Shown piece after piece: positions 8,222 through 16,890 of a DNA stretch of 64,000 bases. The position numbers and the translations under genes were made by a program. The stretch is from Dermatophilaceae bacterium (GTDB lineage Bacteria; Actinomycetota; Actinomycetes; Actinomycetales; Dermatophilaceae). The stretch covers positions 4,013 to 68,012 of the forward strand of contig JBOFBK010000518.1 in the NCBI GenBank assembly GCA_051645525.1, in the 5' to 3' direction. The first letter of the stretch is position 1; every line of letters starts with the position of its first letter. Under the pieces are notes generated by a model. It did no database searches. It saw nothing but the letters and a program-made list of their open reading frames with translations, and was not told where the DNA came from.

Positions 8222-9777
8222 GGCGGGTGGTGGTCGTCGGCGACGGCATGGTGGGCTCGCGGTTCGTCGAGCTGCTCGTCGAGGCGGCGCCGGACGTCCG
8301 CGTGACGGTGCTCGGCCGCGAGCGCGTACCGGCCTACAACCGGGTCCTGCTGTCGGGCGTCGTCGCCGGCAGCACCAGCCCCGCCGCGCTCTCGCTGGCG
8401 CCGGCCCCGCACCCCCGGGTGCGCGTGCTCACCGGTGTGGCCGCCGTCGACATCGACCGCGAGCGGGCGGTGGTGCGCGACGAGCACGGCGAGCGACACC
8501 CGTACGACGAGCTCGTGCTCGCCACCGGCTCGGCCGCGCGAGTGCCGCCGATCCACGGTGTGGCGTGGGAGCAGGGGCTCGTCGACGGCGTGTTCGTGCT
8601 CAAGGACCTCGCCGACGCCACCGGCATCGTCGAGGCGACGGGGCGCGCCCGGCGCGCGGTGGTGCTCGGTGCCGGTGTCCTCGGGGTCGAGGTGGCCGGC
8701 GGGCTGGCGCAGCGCGGGCTGTCGGTCCGGGTCGTGCACCTCGCCGACCGGCTGATGGAGCGGCAGCTCGGGTGGGAGGCGTCCCAGGTGGCCATCGCCA
8801 GCCTCGAGCGGCTCGGCATCACGACCCACACCGGCGCGTCGGTCGTGGGCGTCACGGTGCGTCGCGGTCGCCTCGAGGCGGTGCGGTTCGCCGACGGACA
8901 CCAGGCCGCCGCCGACCTCTTCGTGATGTGCTGCGGCACCGTTCCCGAGACGGTGATCGCGCAGCGGGCCGGACTGGCCTGCGAGAGAGGAGTGCTCGTC
9001 GACGCCGAGCTGCGCAGCCCGAGCGACCCGCGCGTCCACGCGATCGGCGACTGCGCCCAGCCGCCCGAGGGTGCGACCGGGCTGGTCGCCCAGGGCTGGC
9101 AGCAGGCCGCCCGACTCGCAGCGGCGCTGGCCGACGGCTCGACGCCGGACGAGCGAGGGCCCGACACCCCGCGCGGGCGACACCGGCCACGGCCGAGCGC
9201 GGCGGGCGACGGGCCCCGCCGGTCGTCGTCCGCGGCGGCCGGTGGGCACGACGTCGTGCGGCTCAAGGCACCGGGGATGTCGGTGGTGAGCATGGGAGTC
9301 AATGGCGAGGTCGATCCCGATGCCGGACACCGCGTGGTCTCGCTCAAGGACCCCGAGGGCGGCCGCTACGTCGAGGTCGTCGTCGCGCAGAGCCGCCTGG
9401 TCGGCGCGACGTGCATCGGCGACGCCACGGTGGCCGCCGCGCTGTCCGCGCTCTACACCCGCGGCCTGCCGGTCCCCGACGACCCGGCCCTGCTGCTCGT
9501 CCGCACCCTGGCGGGCGCCGCGTCATCCGTGGTGCAGCGTGACCCGCACGACCTCGCCGACGACGACCGGGTCTGCACCTGCAACAGCGTCAGTGCCGGG
9601 CGGGTCCGGGATGCCGTGCGCGCGGGCTGCGCCTCGGTGTCCGACGTCGCCCGCGAGACGCGAGCGAGCACCGGGTGCGGCGACTGCGCCTCGGTGGTGG
9701 CCGCCCTGCTCGCCAGTGCCGCAGCGAGTCCCGAACCGATTTCCCAGCCGAGCACCCTGGTGAGGAGCGCATCATGA
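8218..9777 (+). CDS. FAD/NAD(P)H oxidoreductase with BFD-like [2Fe-2S] domain (NasB/NirB N-terminal-like electron donor subunit)
   Basis: VVVVGDGMVGSRF and VVLGAGVLGVEVA dinucleotide folds. CTCNSVSAG...GCGDC BFD motif. The GTG overlaps the preceding stop (GTGA). Confidence 0.8.
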   Translation: MRRVVVVGDGMVGSRFVELLVEAAPDVRVTVLGRERVPAYNRVLLSGVVAGSTSPAALSLAPAPHPRVRVLTGVAAVDIDRERAVVRDEHGERHPYDELVLATGSAARVPPIHGVAWEQGLVDGVFVLKDLADATGIVEATGRARRAVVLGAGVLGVEVAGGLAQRGLSVRVVHLADRLMERQLGWEASQVAIASLERLGITTHTGASVVGVTVRRGRLEAVRFADGHQAAADLFVMCCGTVPETVIAQRAGLACERGVLVDAELRSPSDPRVHAIGDCAQPPEGATGLVAQGWQQAARLAAALADGSTPDERGPDTPRGRHRPRPSAAGDGPRRSSSAAAGGHDVVRLKAPGMSVVSMGVNGEVDPDAGHRVVSLKDPEGGRYVEVVVAQSRLVGATCIGDATVAAALSALYTRGLPVPDDPALLLVRTLAGAASSVVQRDPHDLADDDRVCTCNSVSAGRVRDAVRAGCASVSDVARETRASTGCGDCASVVAALLASAAASPEPISQPSTLVRSAS

Positions 9778-12401
9778 GCGAACACGTCGTCGTCGTCGGT
9801 GGGGGGATGGTCGCCCACCGGTTCGTGGAGGCCCTGCGGGCTCGGGACGAGCGCGACCGGTACCACGTGACGGTGATCGCCGAGGAGCCCCGGATGCCGT
9901 ACGACCGGGTGGGGCTCTCGGCGTTCTTCTCGGGCACGCATCCGGATGACCTCACCCTCGGCGACCGAGCACTGTGGGCCGACGACGCGGTCGCGCTGCG
10001 CACCGGCTCGGCCGTGGTCGGCCTCGACCTCCGGGCCCGGGTCGTCGCCACGGCCGGCGGCGGCTCGGTCCACTACGACCACCTGGTGCTCGCCACCGGG
10101 TCCTCGGCCTGGGTGCCGCCGGTGCCCGGGGTCGATCTCGGCGGGGTCTTCGTCTACCGCACCGTCGACGACGTGGTGGCGCTGCGCGACTGGGTCCGTG
10201 CCCGCGAGACCGAGCTCGGTCGCCCTGTCCGGGGCGCGGTCGTCGGCGGTGGCCTGCTCGGGCTCGAGGCGGCCGGCGCGCTGCTCGGGCTCGAGGCCGA
10301 CTGCACGGTGGTCGAGTTCGCGCCCCGGCTGATGGCGCTGCAGGTCGACGACGGTGGCGGCCAGGCGCTGCGCCGGATCGTCGAGGGGCTCGGGGTCGAC
10401 GTGCGGGTCGGCGCGGCCAGCGAGGCCGTCGTCGGTGACGAGGCCGGCCGGGTCGCCGGGCTGCGACTCGCCGGCGGCGACGAGCTGCCCGCCGATGTCG
10501 TGGTGTTCGCCACGGGTGTGCGCCCACGCGACGAGCTCGCCGCTCCCGCCGGCCTGGCCACGGGCGAGCGCGGCGGTGTGGTCGTCGACGACGGCTGTGC
10601 CACGAGCGCGCCGCGGGTCCATGCCATCGGTGAGGTCGCCTGCATCCAGGGACGATGTCTCGGGCTCGTCGCGCCCGGCTACGCGATGGCCGAGGTGGTG
10701 GTCGATCGGCTGCTCGGCGGCACGGCGACGTTCCCGGGCGCCGACCTGTCGACCAAGCTGAAGCTGCTCGGCGTCGACGTCGCGTCGTTCGGTGACGCCT
10801 TCGCCACCACGGCCGGAGCCCTCGAGCTCGTGTACTCCAACCCGGTGGCCGGCACCTACGCCAAGCTCGTCGTCACGGATGACGCCCGCACCCTGCTCGG
10901 CGGCGTGCTCGTGGGCGACGCGTCGGCGTACGCGTCGCTGCGCCCGATGGTCGGGCACGAGCTCGGCGGCGACCCCTCGTCCTGGCTGGTGCCCGACGGC
11001 ACGGCGGAGCGCCCGCAGGTGGAGCTGCCCGCCGACGCCACGGTGTGCTCCTGCAACGCCGTGAGCGCGGGCGTCATCCGGGATGCCGTGACGCACCAGA
11101 GGTGCCACGACCTCGGTGCGGTCAAGGGGTGCACCCGGGCGGGCACGTCGTGCGGTTCGTGCGTCCCCCTGGTGAAGAAGCTCATGGCGGCCGAGCTCAC
11201 CAGGGCCGGGATGACGCTCTCCCGGGCGATGTGCGAGCACGTGCCGGTGCCGCGGACCGAGCTGATGGGCGCCGTCCGGGTGAGCGGGCTGCGGAGCTTC
11301 AGCGACATCATCGGCCGGTTCGGCACCGGCCGCGGCTGCGACGTCTGCAAGCCGGCGATCGCGAGCATCCTCGCGTCCCTCTACGACGAGCACATCCTCG
11401 GCGGTGACCGGGCGGCGTTGCAGGACACCAACGACCGGGTCATGGCCAACATGCAGAAGGACGGCACGTACTCGGTGGTTCCGCGGGTGCCGGGCGGGGA
11501 GATCCTCCCGGAGCAGCTGGTGCTGATCGGCGAGGTGGCCCGCGACTTCGGGCTGTACACGAAGATCACCGGCGGCCAGCGGATCGACCTCTTCGGGGCC
11601 CGCCTCGACCAGCTGCCCGCCATCTGGCAGCGGCTCGTCGACGGCGGCATGGAGTCCGGGCACGCCTACGGCAAGGCGCTGCGCACGGTGAAGTCGTGCG
11701 TCGGGTCGTCGTGGTGCCGGTTCGGGGTGCAGGACTCGGTGGGGATGGCGGTGCGGCTCGAGCTGCGCTACCGCGGACTGCGCAGCCCGCACAAGCTCAA
11801 GCTCGGGGTGAGCGGCTGCGCGCGCGAGTGCGCGGAGGCCCGCGGGAAGGACGTCGGGCTGATCGCCACCGAGCAGGGCTGGAACGTCCTCGTCGGCGGC
11901 AACGGCGGCTTCACCCCGCGGCACGCACAGCTCCTCGTCGAGGACGTCGACGAGGAGACGGCGGTGCGGGTGGTCGACCGCTACCTCGCGTACTACGTGC
12001 GCACCGCCGACCGGCTGCAGCGCACCGCACCGTGGCAGGAGGAGCACGAGGGCGGGCTGGACCGCATCCGCGAGATCGTCGTCGACGACGCGCTCGGGCT
12101 CGCCGCCGACCTCGACGCGTTCATCGCCCGCCATGTCGAGGGCTACGAGGACGAGTGGGCCGCCGTGCTGCGCGACCCGGAGCGGCTGCGCCAGTTCACC
12201 CCGTTCGTCAACGCGCCCGGGGTGGCCGACCCGTCGCTCGCGTACGTGGCCGAGCGCGGCCAGCGCCGCCCGGCCACGGCCGCCGAGCGGACGGCGGATA
12301 CGGCCACACCGCCTGAGCGCCGACCCGGGCCGGCCGCGTCCTCGGCCCCGTCGCCGCGCCCGGTGCTCGTCGCCGGACCGGTCCTGGAGGTGCGCTCGTG
12401 A
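9774..12401 (+). CDS. nirB: NAD(P)H nitrite reductase large subunit
   Basis: VVVVGGGMVAHRF. BFD motifs CSCNAVSAG / GTSCGSC. Siroheme/4Fe-4S motif SCVGSSWCRFG...GVSGCARECAEA. The ATG overlaps the upstream stop (ATGA). The track ORF starting at 9675 is an upstream extension. Confidence 0.93.
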   Translation: MSEHVVVVGGGMVAHRFVEALRARDERDRYHVTVIAEEPRMPYDRVGLSAFFSGTHPDDLTLGDRALWADDAVALRTGSAVVGLDLRARVVATAGGGSVHYDHLVLATGSSAWVPPVPGVDLGGVFVYRTVDDVVALRDWVRARETELGRPVRGAVVGGGLLGLEAAGALLGLEADCTVVEFAPRLMALQVDDGGGQALRRIVEGLGVDVRVGAASEAVVGDEAGRVAGLRLAGGDELPADVVVFATGVRPRDELAAPAGLATGERGGVVVDDGCATSAPRVHAIGEVACIQGRCLGLVAPGYAMAEVVVDRLLGGTATFPGADLSTKLKLLGVDVASFGDAFATTAGALELVYSNPVAGTYAKLVVTDDARTLLGGVLVGDASAYASLRPMVGHELGGDPSSWLVPDGTAERPQVELPADATVCSCNAVSAGVIRDAVTHQRCHDLGAVKGCTRAGTSCGSCVPLVKKLMAAELTRAGMTLSRAMCEHVPVPRTELMGAVRVSGLRSFSDIIGRFGTGRGCDVCKPAIASILASLYDEHILGGDRAALQDTNDRVMANMQKDGTYSVVPRVPGGEILPEQLVLIGEVARDFGLYTKITGGQRIDLFGARLDQLPAIWQRLVDGGMESGHAYGKALRTVKSCVGSSWCRFGVQDSVGMAVRLELRYRGLRSPHKLKLGVSGCARECAEARGKDVGLIATEQGWNVLVGGNGGFTPRHAQLLVEDVDEETAVRVVDRYLAYYVRTADRLQRTAPWQEEHEGGLDRIREIVVDDALGLAADLDAFIARHVEGYEDEWAAVLRDPERLRQFTPFVNAPGVADPSLAYVAERGQRRPATAAERTADTATPPERRPGPAASSAPSPRPVLVAGPVLEVRS

Positions 12402-12775
12402 CCGCCGTCGCCGACCGGACGACCCGCGTCGACGTGTGCGACCTCGCCGACCTCACCCCCGAGCTCGGGGTGGCCGCGCTGGTCGGGGAGGAGCAGGTGG
12501 CGGTGTTCCTGCTCGCCGACGGCCGCGTCCTCGCGGTGTCGAACGTCGACCCGTTCACCGGTGCCGCCGTCGTCTCGCGCGGCATCACCGGCTCTCGTGG
12601 CGAGGTCCCGACCATCGCCTCGCCGCTGCACAAGCAGGTGTTCTCACTGCTGGACGGACGCTGCCTCGACTCCGTGGACCGGGCGCCGCTGCCGGGTCGT
12701 GGACCCGACCTGGAGAGCTACGGCGTGACCGTGGACGATGGTCGCGTGACCATCGACCTCGCGAGCCGGGCGTGA
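12398..12775 (+). CDS. nirD: nitrite reductase small subunit (Rieske-like)
   Basis: 125 aa. Motif VCDLADLTPELGVAALV...AVFLL...SPLHKQVF typical of NirD. GTGA overlap with nirB. Confidence 0.9.
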   Translation: MTAVADRTTRVDVCDLADLTPELGVAALVGEEQVAVFLLADGRVLAVSNVDPFTGAAVVSRGITGSRGEVPTIASPLHKQVFSLLDGRCLDSVDRAPLPGRGPDLESYGVTVDDGRVTIDLASRA

Positions 12776-14016
12776 CGACCCTGCTCGGCCTCGACCTCAC
12801 GGGGCGACGCGTGCTCGTCGTCGGCACCGGGGAGGTCGGCATGCGCCGGGCGCACCGGCTCCGCGAGGACGGTGCCGCCGTGGTGCTGGTCGACCCGCGA
12901 CCGTCGGCGGATGCCCGCCGCACCGCCGCCCACGGCGACGTCACCCTGGTCTCGCGGTCCGTCGTCGCAGAGGACGTCGACGGTGCCTGGCTCGTGGTGG
13001 CGGCCACCGACTCCCCGGCGGTCAACGCCGAGGTGGCGACCTGGTGCCTCGCCCGGCGGGTGTGGTGCGTCAACGCCACCGACGGCGGCGCCGGGACGGC
13101 CCGGGTCGTGGCGTCGAGCACCCACGGCGACCTCGCCATCGGCGTGGTGTCGATGGGCGAGGCCGACCCGCAGCGCGCCGCCGGTGTGCGCGACGCGCTG
13201 GCGCGGCACGTCGAGTCCGGTGCGGTCGATCTCCGGCGGCGCCGCCGGCGTGGCGGGCGCGTCGTCCTCGTCGGTAGTGGCCCTGGCGACACCGGGCTGG
13301 TGCCGGTGGCCGGGCTGGAGGCGCTGGCCGCGGCGGACGTGGTCGTCACCGACCGGCTGGGCGCCACCGGCCTGCTCGACCGGCTGCCGGCCGACGTCGA
13401 GGTCGTCAACGTCGGCAAGAGCCCCACCAACCACCCGGTGCCGCAGGCCGAGATCAACGCCATCCTCGTCGACCACGCCCTGAAGGGCCGCACCGTCGTC
13501 CGGTTCAAGGGCGGTGACCCCTACCTGTTCGGCCGCGGCGGCGAGGAGGTGCACGCCTGCCGCGCGGCCGGGGTCGAGGTCAGCGTGGTGCCCGGCATCA
13601 CCTCGGCGTTCTCGGTGCCGGCGCTGGCCGGCATCCCGGTCACCCAGCGCGGCGTGTCCACGTCGGTGCACGTCGGCTCGGGGCACGCCGGGCCGGATGA
13701 CGTGATGCTCGCCGCCGTGCTCGGCGGCAGCACCGTCGTGCTGCTGATGGCGGTGTCGGCCCTGCCCGGCATCTGCAAGGCGGCCCTCGCCGCGGGCGCG
13801 CCCGACGACCTCCCGGTGGCCGTCGTCGAGCAGGGGTCGACCGTGCGTGAGCGGGTCACGCGCGCGACCCTCGTCGATGCGGAGCAGGTGACTGCCGACG
13901 CGGGTGTGCGCCCGCCGGCGATCGTCGTCATCGGGCGCGTGGCGGCGCCCGGATTCCTCGACGACCCGGTCTGTGCGACAGCGGTGCCCGACGGCGATGG
14001 CGACCACCGCGCATGA
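12772..14016 (+). CDS. cysG: siroheme synthase-like fusion: precorrin-2 dehydrogenase/ferrochelatase N-domain + uroporphyrinogen-III C-methyltransferase
   Basis: N-domain RRVLVVGTGEVGMRRAHRL. C-domain VVLVGSGPGDTGLV...VVRFKGGDPYLFGRGGEE...VVPGITS. GTGA overlap with nirD. The track ORF from 12133 is an in-frame upstream extension inside nirB. Confidence 0.85.
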   Translation: MTTLLGLDLTGRRVLVVGTGEVGMRRAHRLREDGAAVVLVDPRPSADARRTAAHGDVTLVSRSVVAEDVDGAWLVVAATDSPAVNAEVATWCLARRVWCVNATDGGAGTARVVASSTHGDLAIGVVSMGEADPQRAAGVRDALARHVESGAVDLRRRRRRGGRVVLVGSGPGDTGLVPVAGLEALAAADVVVTDRLGATGLLDRLPADVEVVNVGKSPTNHPVPQAEINAILVDHALKGRTVVRFKGGDPYLFGRGGEEVHACRAAGVEVSVVPGITSAFSVPALAGIPVTQRGVSTSVHVGSGHAGPDDVMLAAVLGGSTVVLLMAVSALPGICKAALAAGAPDDLPVAVVEQGSTVRERVTRATLVDAEQVTADAGVRPPAIVVIGRVAAPGFLDDPVCATAVPDGDGDHRA

Positions 14017-15119
14017 CGGACCTCGGCCCGGTGCTCGCGGGATGTGTGGTCGCCGTGACCGCCGACCGCCGGTTCAAGGAGCTCGCGGCCGCGCTCGAAC
14101 GTCGCGGCGCGACCGTCGAACACGCACCTGCGCTCGAGGTCGTGCCCCACCTCGGCGACCAGACCCTGGTCGACCACACCCGCAGCATCATCACCGCGCC
14201 GCCCGACGTCGTCGTGGCGACGACCGGGATCGGGTTCCGCGGCTGGGTCGAGGCCGCGGATGCCGTCGGGCTGGCCGAGCCGCTGCTCGACGTGCTCGGC
14301 CGTGCGCGGCTCATCGCGCGAGGTCCGAAGGCCAGGGGGGCGATCGAGGCGGCCGGGCTGACCGCCGACTGGGTCGCCACGTCCGAGACGGCTGCCGAGA
14401 TCGAGCAGTTCCTCCTCGCCGAAGGCGTTGCGGGGCAACGGATCGCGGTTCAACACCACGGCAGTGGATCGGACGGTCTGGACGACGCGTTCACCACCGC
14501 CGGAGCCGACGTCACCGGTCTTGTCGTGTACCGCTACGGCCCGGCCGACGCCGACGTGCTGTCGGCATCGGTACGACATGCCGCCGAGGGCCGGCTCGAC
14601 GCCGTCGTGTTCACCTCGGCACCGGGCACCCAGGCCTGGCTCGACACGGGCACCGACGGCGAGCTGTCCGCCATCCGCACCCGTAACGCCGACGGGCGGC
14701 TGGTGCTGGCGACGGTGGGCCCGGTCACCGCGGCGCCGTTGGAGCGGGCGGGCCTGGTGGCCCTGGTTCCCGGCCGGTGGCGGCTCGGCGCGATGGTGCG
14801 CTCGCTGGTCACCCATTACGCCGGGCAGCCCGCGCTCGACACCGTGGCGGGTGCCCTCGTGGTGCGGGCCCGGAGTGTGGTGCTCGACGGCCGTGCGCTG
14901 CCGCTGACCCCGGCGGGGGTGGCAATCCTCGCCGAGCTCGCCGGCGCGCGGGGTGCGGTGGTGCCGCGCGAACGGCTCCAGGCGTTGCTGCCTGGAGGCT
15001 CTCGCGACGGTCACGCGCTCGAGACCGCCGTGGGGCGGTTGCGCGAGGCGTGCGGTTCGCGGGACGTGGTGCGCAACGTGGTCAAGCGCGGCTACGCACT
15101 GGCACTGGTGGATTCGTGA
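14013..15119 (+). CDS. uroporphyrinogen-III synthase (HemD)-like domain fused to an OmpR/PhoB-type winged-helix DNA-binding domain
   Basis: The N-terminal 250 aa are HemD-like. The C-terminus is LVVRARSVVLDGRALPLTPAGVAILAELA...RERLQALLPG...HALETAVGRLR...VVKRGYAL (trans_reg_C pattern). Same architecture as M. tuberculosis Rv0260c beside nirBD. ATGA overlap. Confidence 0.8.
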   Translation: MTDLGPVLAGCVVAVTADRRFKELAAALERRGATVEHAPALEVVPHLGDQTLVDHTRSIITAPPDVVVATTGIGFRGWVEAADAVGLAEPLLDVLGRARLIARGPKARGAIEAAGLTADWVATSETAAEIEQFLLAEGVAGQRIAVQHHGSGSDGLDDAFTTAGADVTGLVVYRYGPADADVLSASVRHAAEGRLDAVVFTSAPGTQAWLDTGTDGELSAIRTRNADGRLVLATVGPVTAAPLERAGLVALVPGRWRLGAMVRSLVTHYAGQPALDTVAGALVVRARSVVLDGRALPLTPAGVAILAELAGARGAVVPRERLQALLPGGSRDGHALETAVGRLREACGSRDVVRNVVKRGYALALVDS

Positions 15120-15817
15120 CGGCGCTGGTGCTGTGCGCGCACGGGACGCGCGACGCCGGCGGGCGGGCGGTCGTGCGTGGTGTCGTCGATGCCGTGGCGG
15201 CGGTGCTTCCAGGGGTGGCGGTGCACGAGGCGTATGTCGACGTGCACGGTCCGGAGGTGGGCGAGGTCGTCGCGGCCGTGCTACGCGCCGACGGGCCGGG
15301 GTGCTCGGCGGTGGTGGTGCCGCTGCTGCTCGCCGCCGGGTTCCACGTGCACGTCGACCTCGCGGACGCCGTGCGCTCCCGGCCCGACGTCGTCGTCTCC
15401 CCGGCGCTCGGCCCCGACGACCGGCTGGTCGATGTCGTCGTCGACCGGATGACGACCGCGGGCGTCGGCGCCGGAGCGGCGGTGGTCCTGGTGCCGGCCG
15501 GGTCGAGCGACGTTCGCGCACAAGCCGACTCGGCCGAGATGGCCCGCCGGTTGGGCGAACGTGTCGGGCGCCCGGTGTCGCTCGGCTACGCGGCCGGTCC
15601 GTCGCCGTCGGTCACCGAGGAGGTGGCCCGGGTGCGACGGGAGGGTGCGTCATCCGTCGCCGTGGTGTCGTACCTGCTGGCGCCGGGGTTCTTCCAGCGT
15701 CGTCTCGAACAGTGTGGTGCCGACGTCGTCACCGGCCCACTCGCGCCCGACCCGCGCATCGTCGACATCGTTCTCGACCGCTACCACGCCGCGATCGACG
15801 GCCCGTCGACGTCGTAG
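15116..15817 (+). CDS. sirohydrochlorin chelatase (CbiX/SirB family)
   Basis: LVLCAHGTRD and VVPLLLAAGFHV motifs, duplicated half-domains (VLVPAGSSD...VVSYLLAPGFF). GTGA overlap with the preceding gene. Confidence 0.8.
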   Translation: MTALVLCAHGTRDAGGRAVVRGVVDAVAAVLPGVAVHEAYVDVHGPEVGEVVAAVLRADGPGCSAVVVPLLLAAGFHVHVDLADAVRSRPDVVVSPALGPDDRLVDVVVDRMTTAGVGAGAAVVLVPAGSSDVRAQADSAEMARRLGERVGRPVSLGYAAGPSPSVTEEVARVRREGASSVAVVSYLLAPGFFQRRLEQCGADVVTGPLAPDPRIVDIVLDRYHAAIDGPSTS

Positions 15818-15828
15818 CGTGTCGAGGT

Positions 15829-16302
15829 ATGGCACCACGTGGCGGGCGCACCTCCGCTGCTCGGCGCGCTGTCGTACCTGGTCTGCCGAGCACGGACGGG
15901 GTGCTGGTGCTGCCGGACGGGCGGCGGGTTCGCGCCGCGTCGACGCGGTCGAGCCGCGCCGGGGTGCCCGACCCCGACCTGGCGGTGGTGCTCGCCGGCC
16001 GGCCGCCGGATGACGCACCGTGGCCGGTGCTCTGGGTGCGCTGGCCCGACTTCCGGGTGCCGGCGGATGCCGCCGAGGCCCTGGAGGCGCTGCGGGTGGC
16101 TCACGTGATGGCGGCGGACCGCCGTGTCGAGGTCGGCTGCCGTGGCGGGGTGGGCCGGACGGGCACGGCTGTCGCGGTGCTCGCGGTCTTCGCGGGGCTG
16201 GCCCCGGGCGAGGCGGTGGCCTGGGCCAGACAACACCATCATCGCCGGGCCGCCGAGACCCCATGGCAGCGCCGGTGGGTCGAACGGGTGGCCCTGCCCT
16301 GA
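15829..16302 (+). CDS. dual-specificity/tyrosine phosphatase-like protein (CX5R)
   Basis: P-loop VEVGCRGGVGRTGTAVAV (C-x5-R). 157 aa. The ATG is 11 nt after the stop of the chelatase gene. Confidence 0.6.
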   Translation: MAPRGGRTSAARRAVVPGLPSTDGVLVLPDGRRVRAASTRSSRAGVPDPDLAVVLAGRPPDDAPWPVLWVRWPDFRVPADAAEALEALRVAHVMAADRRVEVGCRGGVGRTGTAVAVLAVFAGLAPGEAVAWARQHHHRRAAETPWQRRWVERVALP

Positions 16303-16372
16303 CCACCGTGCGGTGGCGAACGGCCCGGCACTCCCCGGGACCGGCTGTCTCCAGTGCAGGGGATGGTCTCCC

Positions 16373-16846
16373 TCAGTCGTCGCGGTGCCGCGCGCCCGGT
16401 CCGGGTCGGGCCTCGAGATCGGCCAGGCGCAGACCGCGGTGGCCGTCGCCACACGCCAGCTCGGCTCCCACCTCGGCCCCACACCGGCGATGCACGACGG
16501 CCACCGTCGGGCCATCGGGCGCGGGGAGCCACCGGTCCGCCCAGTCGAGCAGCGCCACGAGCACCGTGGCCAGGTCGCGTCCACGCTCGGTGAGGTGGTA
16601 CTCGTCGCGAGTCCGAGCGCCCGGCGACCGGTAGGGCCGGCGCTCCAGCAGGTCGCGCGACTCCAGTTCGCGGATGCGGGCACTGAGCGACGGCGCGCTC
16701 AGCCCGGTGTGCCGGCACAGGTCGTCGAAGCGCCGGATGCCGTAGAACGCCTCCCGCACCACCCGGCCGCAGCCCGGTGGCAGGAGATGGTCGAGGGCCC
16801 GCTGCACCGAGTCGGGCGCGAGGTCCCATGCCGCACGGTCGAACAC
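16373..16846 (-). CDS. HxlR-family winged-helix transcriptional regulator
   Basis: VVREAFYGIRRFDDLCRHTGLSAPSLSARIRELESRDLLERRPY...EYHLTERG is the HxlR signature. RBS AGAGGA. Confidence 0.85.
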   Translation of the reverse strand: MFDRAAWDLAPDSVQRALDHLLPPGCGRVVREAFYGIRRFDDLCRHTGLSAPSLSARIRELESRDLLERRPYRSPGARTRDEYHLTERGRDLATVLVALLDWADRWLPAPDGPTVAVVHRRCGAEVGAELACGDGHRGLRLADLEARPGPGARHRDD

Positions 16847-16872
16847 GTCATCCTCTGGATCTCGTCCGCGTG

Positions 16873-16890
16873 AGTCAGCATACTCTGACT
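16873..16890. promoter_or_regulatory. perfect inverted repeat AGTCAG-CATACT-CTGACT in the HxlR/hydrolase divergent intergenic region (candidate operator)
   Basis: 6-bp arms with a 6-bp spacer. The spacer CATACT (reverse AGTATG) doubles as a -10-like hexamer 6 nt before GTG 16891. Confidence 0.5.

Noticed and set aside
9453-12134. 893-aa minus-strand ORF antisense to nirB
   Set aside because: Same reason: low-complexity Arg/Gly/Asp-rich translation, while the plus strand encodes an unmistakable NirB.
12133-12771. Long in-frame N-terminal extensions of track ORFs (12133, 14777, 14953, 32325, 32540, 45555, 54645, 54803 and others)
   Set aside because: The extensions lie inside upstream genes. 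Family alignment places the true N-termini at internal ATG/GTG codons, which coincide with 4-nt stop/start overlaps or with TANNNT-6/7 promoters.
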